This document shows, one piece after another, positions 36,851-46,140 of a stretch of 64,000 nucleotides of DNA (its first letter is position 1; every line of letters starts with the position of its first letter). The DNA comes from a virus (taxonomy: Duplodnaviria > Caudoviricetes): positions 96,001 through 160,000 of the IMG/VR virus record IMGVR_UViG_3300029288_000080. One strand, 5' to 3'. Under the pieces are notes generated by a model. That model was not told where the DNA came from, did not search any database, and saw only the letters and a list, made by a program, of their open reading frames with translations. A program made the translations under genes and the position numbers.

Positions 36851-38395
36851 ATGTCTATTGCGCAGTTTTCGCAATTTCGCGATTTTCTCGCGTTGGTCGT
36901 CCAGGACACTGATGTCGTGCGGAAAAATCAGGTCCTCCAGGACTCCACCTACATGGAGACCTTGCTGGCCCGGATCGAGGCCCTGACCCCCGACATTACC
37001 CTGAAGTCCACGTACGCCGACGCGATTTCTCAAATGGGCGTCGTGAAGGTTGACGATTCAGCCCGAACGATCAATTTCGTGCCCCTGGGGTTCGAGACCA
37101 AACTGTCTCGCTACCGCGAGGGCGTCGCCACGGCCCCGAATTACCTGTGGGCCAGGACCACGACTTCTGCTGATCGGGTCCGCTACCTCTTGGCCGACTG
37201 GTCCGACACGGTCACGGGTAATGGGGTCCTGCTGCTCAACGAGCAGTTGGAAGTGTTGCGCCGATTCCCGCATTTTGGCTCCTTGCCCGCGACCCCTGAT
37301 TTCCAATACGAAGAAGCTTCTTGCGCCATCACCTTTACGGTCGGGGACGCTGAATATATCGCGATTGCGTGCAACAGCCACCACATCGTCCAGATTTACG
37401 CCTGGGCGGCCCCGTACGGCCATGTCGCGACCATCGGGACCATCGACACCCCTGGGGCCAACGCCACGACCCTGACGAGTCCCACTAGCTTGGCGTTCAA
37501 CTCCGCGACCTCCATGCTGTACATCGGGTGCCCCACGGGCCAGCCGGCCGGCGCAACCGCAGCCAACGGATTTGTGGCCGCGTGGGACCTGACTATTCCT
37601 GGTACCCCGGTGTTTTCCGCGATCCCCTGGTTCTACAGCGGCACCGGTTCCCTGCTGGACTCCCAGGTCCACACGCCTACAAGTCTGTACCACGACGGTA
37701 CCTACTTGTGGATCGTCAATGGTAATGATTCGACCGTCGGGGCATTTTCCACCACGGGAAATCTCCCGCCTTGCCAACGGTTCCTTGAAGCCCAGGGACC
37801 AGGATACCAACTGCGGTCGCCCCGACAAGTCTGGGTCCAGGCAATTTCTGGTGGCTACGGTCGCGTCTACGTGGCCAACTCGGCCACCGGGGTCATCGAC
37901 GAGTTCGACGGCGTAACTTTCGAGCACCTCCACAGCTACGGGATCCGGGCCAGTGAAGATGGGCTCAATGCCTACACGCGACTGTCCCCCTATACCTATG
38001 GTGCCCTGGGGCAACCCGTGGGGGTTGCTTGGGACCAAGTGGTGATTGGCGACCAGACCACCAATGTCCTGGTCGTGGCCGATGCGGCCAACGGACGGCT
38101 TCACCGATTTAACCTCGACGCCTACCAAACCGACAATTTCGTGAATTTCGCAGAAGTGGAGTTTGGGGTTCCTGTGGAGTTGACCGGTTGGAGTTTGGAC
38201 GGAACCGTCCCGATCAATCTCGTGAAAGTATACTACAGGACCGCCGCCACCCAACAGTTTCGTGAGTTGTCCCAGGATGCCACGACCCCAGCGGCCAAGA
38301 CATTCCAGTTCCGGGTTCAGTTCCACCTGGACACCGAACAGTTCGTCGCGGCCTGGTGGTTCAAAAATCTCACGATTTCTGGGAAACAGGTTTAA
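36851..38395 (+). CDS. NHL/beta-propeller virion protein
   Basis: Repeated L..P..LA.....LY[IV] blades. Confidence 0.7.
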   Translation: MSIAQFSQFRDFLALVVQDTDVVRKNQVLQDSTYMETLLARIEALTPDITLKSTYADAISQMGVVKVDDSARTINFVPLGFETKLSRYREGVATAPNYLWARTTTSADRVRYLLADWSDTVTGNGVLLLNEQLEVLRRFPHFGSLPATPDFQYEEASCAITFTVGDAEYIAIACNSHHIVQIYAWAAPYGHVATIGTIDTPGANATTLTSPTSLAFNSATSMLYIGCPTGQPAGATAANGFVAAWDLTIPGTPVFSAIPWFYSGTGSLLDSQVHTPTSLYHDGTYLWIVNGNDSTVGAFSTTGNLPPCQRFLEAQGPGYQLRSPRQVWVQAISGGYGRVYVANSATGVIDEFDGVTFEHLHSYGIRASEDGLNAYTRLSPYTYGALGQPVGVAWDQVVIGDQTTNVLVVADAANGRLHRFNLDAYQTDNFVNFAEVEFGVPVELTGWSLDGTVPINLVKVYYRTAATQQFRELSQDATTPAAKTFQFRVQFHLDTEQFVAAWWFKNLTISGKQV

Positions 38396-38397
38396 AG

Positions 38398-38667
38398 ATG
38401 CTCCAGTACAAACCCCTGGCCCACCCTGACCTGGAAATCGCGGTCGTGACCACCGAAACCGATGGGGTCGTGACCGCCTTGACGATTTATTTCCGCACTT
38501 TTGTCTCCTTGGTGGACCCCGTCACCTACGCTTCAGACCTGGACCAGGAAATCATTAGTGAGGCTGGCATCGCTGAATCCGCAGTCCTGAGTGACTTCCA
38601 CCTGTCCTCCCAGGAAACTCGCGGCACCCAGTACCATTATTGCGTGACCGCCGTGGTCACGGTCTAA
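38398..38667 (+). CDS. Small virion protein (paralog of the N-terminal domain of the next gene)
   Basis: VDP..Y.S....EI...AG and G..Y.Y..T.V shared. Confidence 0.55.
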   Translation: MLQYKPLAHPDLEIAVVTTETDGVVTALTIYFRTFVSLVDPVTYASDLDQEIISEAGIAESAVLSDFHLSSQETRGTQYHYCVTAVVTV

Positions 38668-38669
38668 CA

Positions 38670-39785
38670 ATGCCCATCACGATCACGTCGTCGGTCCAGA
38701 CGGAATTACAGCAGTGGCACTGTTCGGTGGTCCTGACGGCCCAGTCGGCCATCGTGGACCCCGCTGGCTACGTTTCGGGTTCCGCCACGGTCCAGGCCGA
38801 GATTTTGGCCAAGGCTGGGCTGGATGCTGACCTCGTCTACGTGGCCACGACCCTAACGTCGACCGCGACCATTGGCTACACCTACCAATACTACCTGACG
38901 GTGGTGTTCGGGTCGTCTGCATTGACCGGTGGCGGCCACACCCACGATTGCGACACCGTTGACTACCCGTTGCAGTGCGGCTACACCGCTGGCCCCACGG
39001 TCAACCTGGACGCTACCCTCGGGGCCGTCATTTTCAAACGACCCACCACGCCTGACATCACGATGTTTGCCGTGCAGGCCGGGACCAATAATCTGTTTCG
39101 GGTTGGCCCTGGTACTGAAATTCGGTTCGGTGGTCACTTCGATTTTTATCCTGACGCCACCTACGACGTCGGGACCGTTGACGCTGGGGTCACGCTTCAT
39201 CGGCCTCGCGACGTAAGAATCAGTCGGGACCTGTACGCGGGCGGTATTGGTCAGTTCGGCAGCTACGGAAGTTTTGGTGGTTACGTCCAGGCCACCCATG
39301 ATCGTTTGGTTGCCCAGGCGGTTAACCCCACGACCGACGCGGCAGTTCGCCACCTGTACGTCAACTCGGTGGACAACTCGTTACGCTGGTGGGATGGCAC
39401 TACTGAACATATTATCGGGGTGGCGTCGGGATCTGACACAGTTGGCCTGTGGAACTGCAGTACCTTGGTGCAGGAACGCGACATCGTGTTTTGCGATGCA
39501 GCTGACCATGTTGATCGTGCATCGGCCGCGACGTTGACTGGCCGGACTGTCGTGGGGATCTGCGCGGCCAAGTTATCGTCCACGACTGCGTTGATCCGTT
39601 ATTCCGGCGAAACCACCGGGTACACCGGTCTAATGCCCGGCGCCGCTTATTACGTGGGCGTTGGGGCCGGAACCATGCAGCAAGGGATCGGTGGTTTTAT
39701 CGAAGGCTACACAGTGGTCCGGGTTGGCACCGCCAAGAATACCACCACACTGGTTCAATTCAATGGTGAACCCCGCGTCTACTAA
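38670..39785 (+). CDS. Virion fibre/decoration protein
   Basis: C-terminal capsid-cement-like domain (GLMPGAAYYVG). Confidence 0.6.
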   Translation: MPITITSSVQTELQQWHCSVVLTAQSAIVDPAGYVSGSATVQAEILAKAGLDADLVYVATTLTSTATIGYTYQYYLTVVFGSSALTGGGHTHDCDTVDYPLQCGYTAGPTVNLDATLGAVIFKRPTTPDITMFAVQAGTNNLFRVGPGTEIRFGGHFDFYPDATYDVGTVDAGVTLHRPRDVRISRDLYAGGIGQFGSYGSFGGYVQATHDRLVAQAVNPTTDAAVRHLYVNSVDNSLRWWDGTTEHIIGVASGSDTVGLWNCSTLVQERDIVFCDAADHVDRASAATLTGRTVVGICAAKLSSTTALIRYSGETTGYTGLMPGAAYYVGVGAGTMQQGIGGFIEGYTVVRVGTAKNTTTLVQFNGEPRVY

Positions 39786-39797
39786 ATAGGGATCAGC

Positions 39798-40706
39798 ATG
39801 GCATACACGACTTACCGCAGCATTTTGATCTCTGGGGCTACCGCTACAGCCAGGTGTAGGTTGCTCGCCTGGACCCTCAAGGATAAGTTGGTCGCACAAG
39901 GCTGGGCGGTCCAGGGTTCAAGCGACGGCGTCACTGTCGTGGCTGACTATATGGACGCGGCAGACCGCTGGGTTACTGCTGTTAGCCTGAATAACTCGGC
40001 TTGGATTTGTCTGCAAAATGCCGCCGTTGAAACTGCCGAAATCGTCATCCAGGTAACTGGTGAATCTCTGTACTGCTGGCGATCTGATACAGGTGGCTAT
40101 GGTGCTGGCCAGGGTGCTGGTCTTCTGACTCGTGTGGGAACTTCCGCACCTCCGGCCGATGAGCTTCAGGTCCACGGGACCAACGTGACGGCTGGTTTGG
40201 GGTACGACCACTACACCAACATCGCGGCAGACGACACGTCATTTATTTTGTTTTCCAAGCTCGGGGTCGTAGCAGGCCAAGCTCTCGCGTGTGTCAAACT
40301 CACAGGGTCTAAGGTTGGGGATATCAGACCTTACTGGAGTTACCTGAACTTTCTCGACGCCGCCGAAGTTTGGGACGTGGCTTCTTTGTCCACTGCCCCA
40401 GCAGGTGGTTTTCCGCGATCGTGGCATCCAGCCGGTGGTACCCAAACGTACCGCCTGACTGACCTCTATGCTGGGGGCTCGTTCATGGGGGCCATGGGGG
40501 CGGATCCATACACCGGGAAGTTCCCCATGATCGAGACTTTAGCGGTCTGCACCGATGCGCCCTACCAGCATATCCGTGGGGTGGTGACGGGCATTTATCG
40601 CACCTCAGGGATCCGGTCTCTGGGCGACCTGTACAACACCGGCGACTACGTGCAGATTGGCAACTATGCGGTTCCCTGGGGGTCCGTTAGCGACCCATTG
40701 GTGTAG
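39798..40706 (+). CDS. Virion protein, paralog A
   Basis: Similar along its length to 40822-41766. Confidence 0.7.
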   Translation: MAYTTYRSILISGATATARCRLLAWTLKDKLVAQGWAVQGSSDGVTVVADYMDAADRWVTAVSLNNSAWICLQNAAVETAEIVIQVTGESLYCWRSDTGGYGAGQGAGLLTRVGTSAPPADELQVHGTNVTAGLGYDHYTNIAADDTSFILFSKLGVVAGQALACVKLTGSKVGDIRPYWSYLNFLDAAEVWDVASLSTAPAGGFPRSWHPAGGTQTYRLTDLYAGGSFMGAMGADPYTGKFPMIETLAVCTDAPYQHIRGVVTGIYRTSGIRSLGDLYNTGDYVQIGNYAVPWGSVSDPLV

Positions 40707-40708
40707 CA

Positions 40709-40819
40709 ATGGCCGACTACGACACAATAGATTTGATTCCATTGGCTCCTGACGAGGATGCAGCACCTCTGTGGGATGCGGTGGATAAGTTTGACACCGG
40801 AACCGACGAGGGCGTATAA
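40709..40819 (+). CDS. 36-aa acidic peptide
   Basis: MADYDTIDLIPLAPDEDAAPLWDAVDKFDTGTDEGV fills the gap with 2 nt either side. Confidence 0.55.
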   Translation: MADYDTIDLIPLAPDEDAAPLWDAVDKFDTGTDEGV

Positions 40820-40821
40820 CT

Positions 40822-41766
40822 ATGGCAACTTGGGCAACTATCCGCAATACTACATTAACGGGGGCAACCGGCACCATCAGGGCCTCCAGGTTTCTGGCGT
40901 TCATCGACGAGTATTTGGTCACGACCGCAGGTTGGACGCGAGTCGGGAGTGGAGGCGGAACAGGCAGCGGTCTTTACCAGTGGGGAGCCGCTAAGGTACT
41001 CCCGACGTTCGCGGCTTCCCCAGGTTCCATGGCGACGTTGGCCTGGGGTCTTTACCAGAATGCTTCTGGTGCCCAGGTTTTATTCCAGTGTTCCACACAG
41101 TACTGTCATATGCAAGTAACACCCACGGGCGGTTTCGTTGTTGGTCCGTCTGCTGAGGATATCCTGCCCACCGCCCCGGCCGACATCATGGTGTTCACGA
41201 CCTCCACGAGCTACACGAACATCGGGGCCAACGCAGACCAAAAATTCACGTTTGCCTACACGACAGACCACAATTCGTTTATTTTTTACGGCAAAGCACC
41301 GGGTGGTACCGATAATGTCGCCTACGCGGTCGTCAAGCTCGAAGACTACAAAGCTGGTGACCTCCAACCCTACTGGAGCTACTGCAACACGCACAGTGGG
41401 GCGGATATGTGGACCGTGACGTTTCTTTCCACCACCGTGACGGCCGACACCTGCTTGGGCTGGCATCCCACCACCGGCAAAAAACAATATGGGGTGATCA
41501 ATCCTACCTGTTTGGGCGGCGGGGTTGATCTGTTTTTGAACATGCCGGTGGACCCAGTAAGCGGTAATCATCAAAAATTGGAAATGCTTTGTGCTTGCAC
41601 CATAGCCGGCAGCGTACATCTTCGTGGTAAGGTTCCCGGTCTATACCGAGTGTCCGATGCGTTGGCCACTGGGGATCGATTGAGCCTATCAGGTGGTGTG
41701 TACGAACAAATTGTAATCGGTGACTATGCTGTACCGTGGATGTCCAGCGATTCCATGTCGTGGTAA
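40822..41766 (+). CDS. Virion protein, paralog B
   Basis: Shares SFI...K, PYWSY, WHP, H.RG...G.YR.S and IG.YAVPW with paralog A. Confidence 0.7.
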   Translation: MATWATIRNTTLTGATGTIRASRFLAFIDEYLVTTAGWTRVGSGGGTGSGLYQWGAAKVLPTFAASPGSMATLAWGLYQNASGAQVLFQCSTQYCHMQVTPTGGFVVGPSAEDILPTAPADIMVFTTSTSYTNIGANADQKFTFAYTTDHNSFIFYGKAPGGTDNVAYAVVKLEDYKAGDLQPYWSYCNTHSGADMWTVTFLSTTVTADTCLGWHPTTGKKQYGVINPTCLGGGVDLFLNMPVDPVSGNHQKLEMLCACTIAGSVHLRGKVPGLYRVSDALATGDRLSLSGGVYEQIVIGDYAVPWMSSDSMSW

Positions 41767-41787
41767 TGTAGCACCCGTGTCACCGGC

Positions 41788-43023
41788 ATGGCCGACTTTC
41801 AATTCACCGATCTAACCTATTGGGATATCCGGAATGCTCTCCCGAGTTTTCCGGCCGAAGTTATCAGTTTCGGTTTTTACGATTATCCACTGGATCCTTT
41901 CGGTGCCGACGCCCTGGCACTCACCTTTCTGGAGGCTCAAATGGCCAATTTTCCCCCGCTGTTTCTTCGCCCGACCAATGGTTTGCCCGAACGCCTCCTG
42001 ACCGCTGACGGCGGTCTACAGGTTGACGTGATTGACTGTGCCGCTGCCTCCGCGGGGGTCAAGTTGTTCGAGACGGTCACGTCGGCCGGCGGCGGCTCCG
42101 TCGAGGTGTTCAAGGCGTTTGAAGGAACCATCACGTTCGGAAAGGTCGGCGGCACCGTCAATTTCATGGGGAGTGCCCATGTCGCCACGAACTTCGAGGT
42201 CCACGACGGTGGCACCGCCCTGCTCAAGGGCCACACGACCTTGGGGCTTTCGATCGCCGATAACTTCACGGTGGCGGCGAGCCTCTTGGGCAACCTGGTG
42301 CTCAAGGCGTCGGCCGGTCACGAGATTTCTTGCACGAGCGGGCAGATCAAGATTTACACGACCACGTCGGGTGACGTTTGGCTGTCCAGCGCCGCGGTCC
42401 TAAAACTTGACGCCGCGACCAATATTGTGGCAACCGCAACCGCTGGGTCCATGTCGTTCACGGCCAACACGACCGGTGTCGTGCGGGCCGGCGCCGCCGC
42501 CGACTTGACCCTCGGGGCCCGCGGGGTTGACGTGACGCTCAACCAGGCCGGTCAAACCAGCCTGACCGGTTTCGCCGGGACCGTCACGTCGCTGGTCGGG
42601 GCCCTCAATGACCTCCGTGGAGACGTGGGCGATGCTACTCCTTCGGCTTTGTGCGGTGAGGCGGGTGGCATCACGCTCGGGGATGTCGTCTGCCTGAAGC
42701 ACAACGGTGCGGCCGTTAGGTTGTACAAGTGCGACAACACCGACGTAACCCTCAACAAAGCCGTCGGGGTGGCGCTCAACTCGGCGATTTTGAACGCGTC
42801 GTGTCGGTACGCCACGGGTGGCAACGCCATTATCAACTCGATCACGAACGTCCCTGCTGATCAAGAAGGCAAGTATTTGTTCCTGGCGACTGGCGGTGGT
42901 GTGGTTTTGACTGCTCCAACGACCGGCACTACCGTGGTGGTCGGGGTATTGAGCAAGTCGGGCATTGCAGGCGTGTCTGAAATGATTTTCCAGCCGATGA
43001 TCCCCATGACGTCCACCCCGTAA
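41788..43023 (+). CDS. Virion fibre/decoration protein with internal start at 41941
   Basis: GGAGG before MANFPP; C-terminal cement-like domain. Confidence 0.7.
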   Translation: MADFQFTDLTYWDIRNALPSFPAEVISFGFYDYPLDPFGADALALTFLEAQMANFPPLFLRPTNGLPERLLTADGGLQVDVIDCAAASAGVKLFETVTSAGGGSVEVFKAFEGTITFGKVGGTVNFMGSAHVATNFEVHDGGTALLKGHTTLGLSIADNFTVAASLLGNLVLKASAGHEISCTSGQIKIYTTTSGDVWLSSAAVLKLDAATNIVATATAGSMSFTANTTGVVRAGAAADLTLGARGVDVTLNQAGQTSLTGFAGTVTSLVGALNDLRGDVGDATPSALCGEAGGITLGDVVCLKHNGAAVRLYKCDNTDVTLNKAVGVALNSAILNASCRYATGGNAIINSITNVPADQEGKYLFLATGGGVVLTAPTTGTTVVVGVLSKSGIAGVSEMIFQPMIPMTSTP

Positions 43024-43029
43024 TCCACC

Positions 43030-43896
43030 ATGGCTAACTTCCCCCCGCTTTATTTGAACCCAACCGTTGGACTTCCTGAACGGCTTCTACCCGCGGACGG
43101 CGGCCTTGAGGCCGTGGTGATCGACGTCCCTGTTGCTGCGTCGCCCGTAGACCTATTTGCTTCGGTGACGTCACCGGGCGGGTCCGTGTCGATGTTCTCG
43201 GGGTTCGCCGGCACCATGGGGGTCGGGGCTGCCAGCAGTACCTTGGCGCTTGCTGGCGGCCTCACCGCAGTAGGGACCGGCATTTTCGGCTCTACCGTGA
43301 CGATCGGGAACACCTCGGCTACCCCCACGCTTCAATTGGGTGGCGGTGATGTTTCCAAGTACATTGACGCTGTCGGAATTGTTGGGCCAGCCGGAACACC
43401 GTCGGTTCGCTACAATGCCACGAGCCATCGCTGGCAGGGTACCGATGACGGTGTCGCCTGGGTCAATCTGATTAGCAATGGGGCTCCGTTTGCTGACGAC
43501 GTGTTGTTTGGCCCCGGCCTGGTGCTCAAACGGTATTACGCTGTCGTGCCGCTTTCGCTGGTTGGCCTTGCCACCGACCTGGGAATTTCAGCCACGACGG
43601 TCTTGTTGAGCGCTGCAATCCGTGTGTCAACCGCCATCACGTTGGCGGGGGCTCCTGGTCCCCCACAGTCTCTTTCCTTGGGTGACGGTGGCCTGGCCAC
43701 CAGGTACATTACCGTGACCGACGCGGTAGGGCCCGGCATCGCCCTCAATACCAAAGGCACGTTCAATTTCTTTATGGCGCCCACGACCGTGCCGAACGCG
43801 TCTAACTTGCTCCTGACCCTCGGGGCCGTCGCGACTGCCGGGGAAGTGGAAGTCGAACTCCACTATTTCGAGCAGACCACTCTTCCCGACGCCTAA
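43030..43896 (+). CDS. Virion fibre-like protein
   Basis: Shares the MANFPPL..PT.GLPERLL.ADGGL N-terminus. Confidence 0.7.
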   Translation: MANFPPLYLNPTVGLPERLLPADGGLEAVVIDVPVAASPVDLFASVTSPGGSVSMFSGFAGTMGVGAASSTLALAGGLTAVGTGIFGSTVTIGNTSATPTLQLGGGDVSKYIDAVGIVGPAGTPSVRYNATSHRWQGTDDGVAWVNLISNGAPFADDVLFGPGLVLKRYYAVVPLSLVGLATDLGISATTVLLSAAIRVSTAITLAGAPGPPQSLSLGDGGLATRYITVTDAVGPGIALNTKGTFNFFMAPTTVPNASNLLLTLGAVATAGEVEVELHYFEQTTLPDA

Positions 43897-43972
43897 CATT
43901 TTTCATTTTCTGGTGTCCCAACTGTGTAAAACACAGCCATACGGTTGTAACCCAACCAAAAAGGAATCGATC

Positions 43973-44656
43973 ATGACCAAGCTCACGCTCCTCTTTTTCC
44001 TGATTTCCGCCCCCGTGTTTGCCCAGGTGCCCACCGCACCTCCGGCCATGACACCCCCGATTGCCGCGATGACTGCTCCGGCTCCCGCGATGGCGGCAAC
44101 GACTCCGACCGCGATGGCCCCTGCTGCCATGGCGGTGCCGGTCAAGGTGAACCTGACCCCCATGGCTGCCCCGGTGGCACCCGCGGCTCCTGCCGAGCCT
44201 GTGGCGTCGGATGACCCCTCGGTCCCGAACCTCGAGACCACCGTGGCGGTTCCTGCTACCGTGGCCGACGCGACCGCCCCCGTGACCATGTCGGCGACTC
44301 CGGTGGGTGGCAACACCCCGGCGGCACCTGCCAAGACTCCGGTCAATTGGGCCGCGATCATCACGGCGATCGGGATGGTCATCACGGCAACCTTGACGCT
44401 GTTGGGTGGCTTCGGTTATCTAGCGTGGACCAAGAATGCCCGGGTCCAGCTGATCCTCAAGGCCACCAAAAAGGGCACCGAGGCATTCCTCGCGTACGCC
44501 GAGAAGTCTCCTGCTGCTTGGGACGACATCATTGCCAAGATTCTCGACAACACCAACGCGGTCCTGCTGGCGTCCGGCCAGGACCCCATGACCGACGCCG
44601 AAAAGACCACGGCCAAGACACTGGCGACCTCGTTCAAGACGGTCGCTGGAAAGTAG
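43973..44656 (+). CDS. Membrane protein, holin-like, with Pro/Ala/Met-rich exported region
   Basis: Signal peptide, low-complexity region, TM helix and amphipathic tail. Confidence 0.5.
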   Translation: MTKLTLLFFLISAPVFAQVPTAPPAMTPPIAAMTAPAPAMAATTPTAMAPAAMAVPVKVNLTPMAAPVAPAAPAEPVASDDPSVPNLETTVAVPATVADATAPVTMSATPVGGNTPAAPAKTPVNWAAIITAIGMVITATLTLLGGFGYLAWTKNARVQLILKATKKGTEAFLAYAEKSPAAWDDIIAKILDNTNAVLLASGQDPMTDAEKTTAKTLATSFKTVAGK

Positions 44657-44664
44657 AAATCAAA

Positions 44665-45024
44665 ATGCCCGACACGACCGCCGCGTCACTCGACACCGGG
44701 AAATTAGCAGAAGAAATTTCAGCTAAGATCCAAGCCGCCAAAGCACCTGCTTGGAAGACGGTATTATGGTGGACCCTGGGGATTGCGGCGGTCGTGTCGC
44801 TCATTACCATCTTGATCTTGATGATCAAGAAAAATACCTCAGCACCTGACGCGGTCAACACCATTATGGCATTTTCCGAGGACCAGATCCGCCAGGCCGA
44901 AGCAGCCAAAAAAGTGGAGGTCGCCAAGGCCGAGGGAGTCGCCGAAACCAAAATCACAGAGATCAAGTCCATCATGGAGATTCGTGACGAAAATGAACGT
45001 CTACGTCGCCTCATCTCACTCTAG
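44665..45024 (+). CDS. Membrane-anchored coiled-coil protein (i-spanin-like)
   Basis: One TM helix, then a charged helix. Confidence 0.5.
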   Translation: MPDTTAASLDTGKLAEEISAKIQAAKAPAWKTVLWWTLGIAAVVSLITILILMIKKNTSAPDAVNTIMAFSEDQIRQAEAAKKVEVAKAEGVAETKITEIKSIMEIRDENERLRRLISL

Positions 45025-45025
45025 C

Positions 45026-45526
45026 GTGTCATTTTTCAGCGGCGCTGCCATTGCAGCCACTATCCTGGTGGTGGCGTGGGGTTGTGGGGCACCCGCTGGC
45101 CCCAAGGTCCCGACGTACCAGGAGGCCGAAGCTCAGGCCCAGAAGGACCTGCCCCGACATGTCCCAGCCGAGACCACCCTGTTTGACGGTGGCATTGGCG
45201 ACGCTGGTCTGGACATCCTGTTGCCCAAGGGCACGGCAGCTCCCTTTTCTGGTGCCCTTGTGGGGTCCAAGCGGTACGCCATCTACAAGGCGGTCCAGAT
45301 TGACCGTACCCTCCTGATCAAGAAATACCACGCGGAAGCCCTGGCGGCCCGGACCAAAGAAATCATCCTGACGGCCACGACCCAGGCACTCAAGGAAACG
45401 TCCAAGCGAAGTTGGTGGGAAAGGAATGCTTTGTGGGTCGGGATCGTCACGGGGGTCGTGTTGGGCACTGCCCTGACGGTCGGACTGGTCTACGGTATTA
45501 CCGGGGGCGATGGAGTCAAGCAGTGA
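45026..45526 (+). CDS. Lipoprotein with C-terminal TM helix (spanin-like)
   Basis: Lipobox-like AWGC and C-terminal hydrophobic helix. Confidence 0.5.
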   Translation: MSFFSGAAIAATILVVAWGCGAPAGPKVPTYQEAEAQAQKDLPRHVPAETTLFDGGIGDAGLDILLPKGTAAPFSGALVGSKRYAIYKAVQIDRTLLIKKYHAEALAARTKEIILTATTQALKETSKRSWWERNALWVGIVTGVVLGTALTVGLVYGITGGDGVKQ

Positions 45527-45750
45527 CACGCGAATCTTTTCAGCCATTGTTGGCCAACGCGATGGGCAAATGGACTTTGTGTTGTCGAGGTCAGGGGCGC
45601 AAATGCCCCGAAATCCTCGTGCAGGACAACATCCTGAAGATTCGCGACGACGATGGAGCGGTCGTGTCAATGTCGTTGGACCAGTTCAACGACGTCGTGG
45701 CCACGCTGCAAGAAGCCATTCGATTTCGCGCCAAAGTCAGGGGCGTCTGA
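45523..45750 (+). CDS. Hypothetical protein
   Basis: GTGA/TGATG coupling on both sides. Confidence 0.55.
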   Translation: MTRESFQPLLANAMGKWTLCCRGQGRKCPEILVQDNILKIRDDDGAVVSMSLDQFNDVVATLQEAIRFRAKVRGV

Positions 45751-46136
45751 TGCTATTGTTCGCACTCCTCACCTATGGAATCGTGTTTCTCGTGGCCGAC
45801 GCCCGGATGTTCGGCTGTGACGCGAAACTCTGGAACTCCGGTGGCAACCCCGAGCAGGATTGTCGCGACGTCGGGATCCTGAAAATCCGCCAATGGTTTC
45901 TCCGGCACGATTTCTTTTCCGAACTGCTCGGCTGCTATTTCTGCACCGGCTGCTACGCGGGCCCCGTGGCCCACTGGCTCTTAATCTATGGGCTTGGCCC
46001 CCAGTATCCCCTGTATCCCCATGGGTCGGCCGGGACCGCCGTGGTCATGACCCTGGTGGCGATGCCGCTCGGTGGTGTCGTGGCCTTCGGGATTGACTCA
46101 ATCTTGTTGGCCCTGGAACCCAAGTCCAAGGATTAG
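45750..46136 (+). CDS. DUF1360-like membrane protein
   Basis: ELLGCYFCTG motif with TM helices. Confidence 0.55.
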   Translation: MLLFALLTYGIVFLVADARMFGCDAKLWNSGGNPEQDCRDVGILKIRQWFLRHDFFSELLGCYFCTGCYAGPVAHWLLIYGLGPQYPLYPHGSAGTAVVMTLVAMPLGGVVAFGIDSILLALEPKSKD

Positions 46137-46140
46137 TCCA

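Noticed and set aside
44040-44340. Tandem DNA repeat in the Pro/Ala/Met-rich gene
   Set aside because: Low-complexity protein sequence without a fixed nucleotide period
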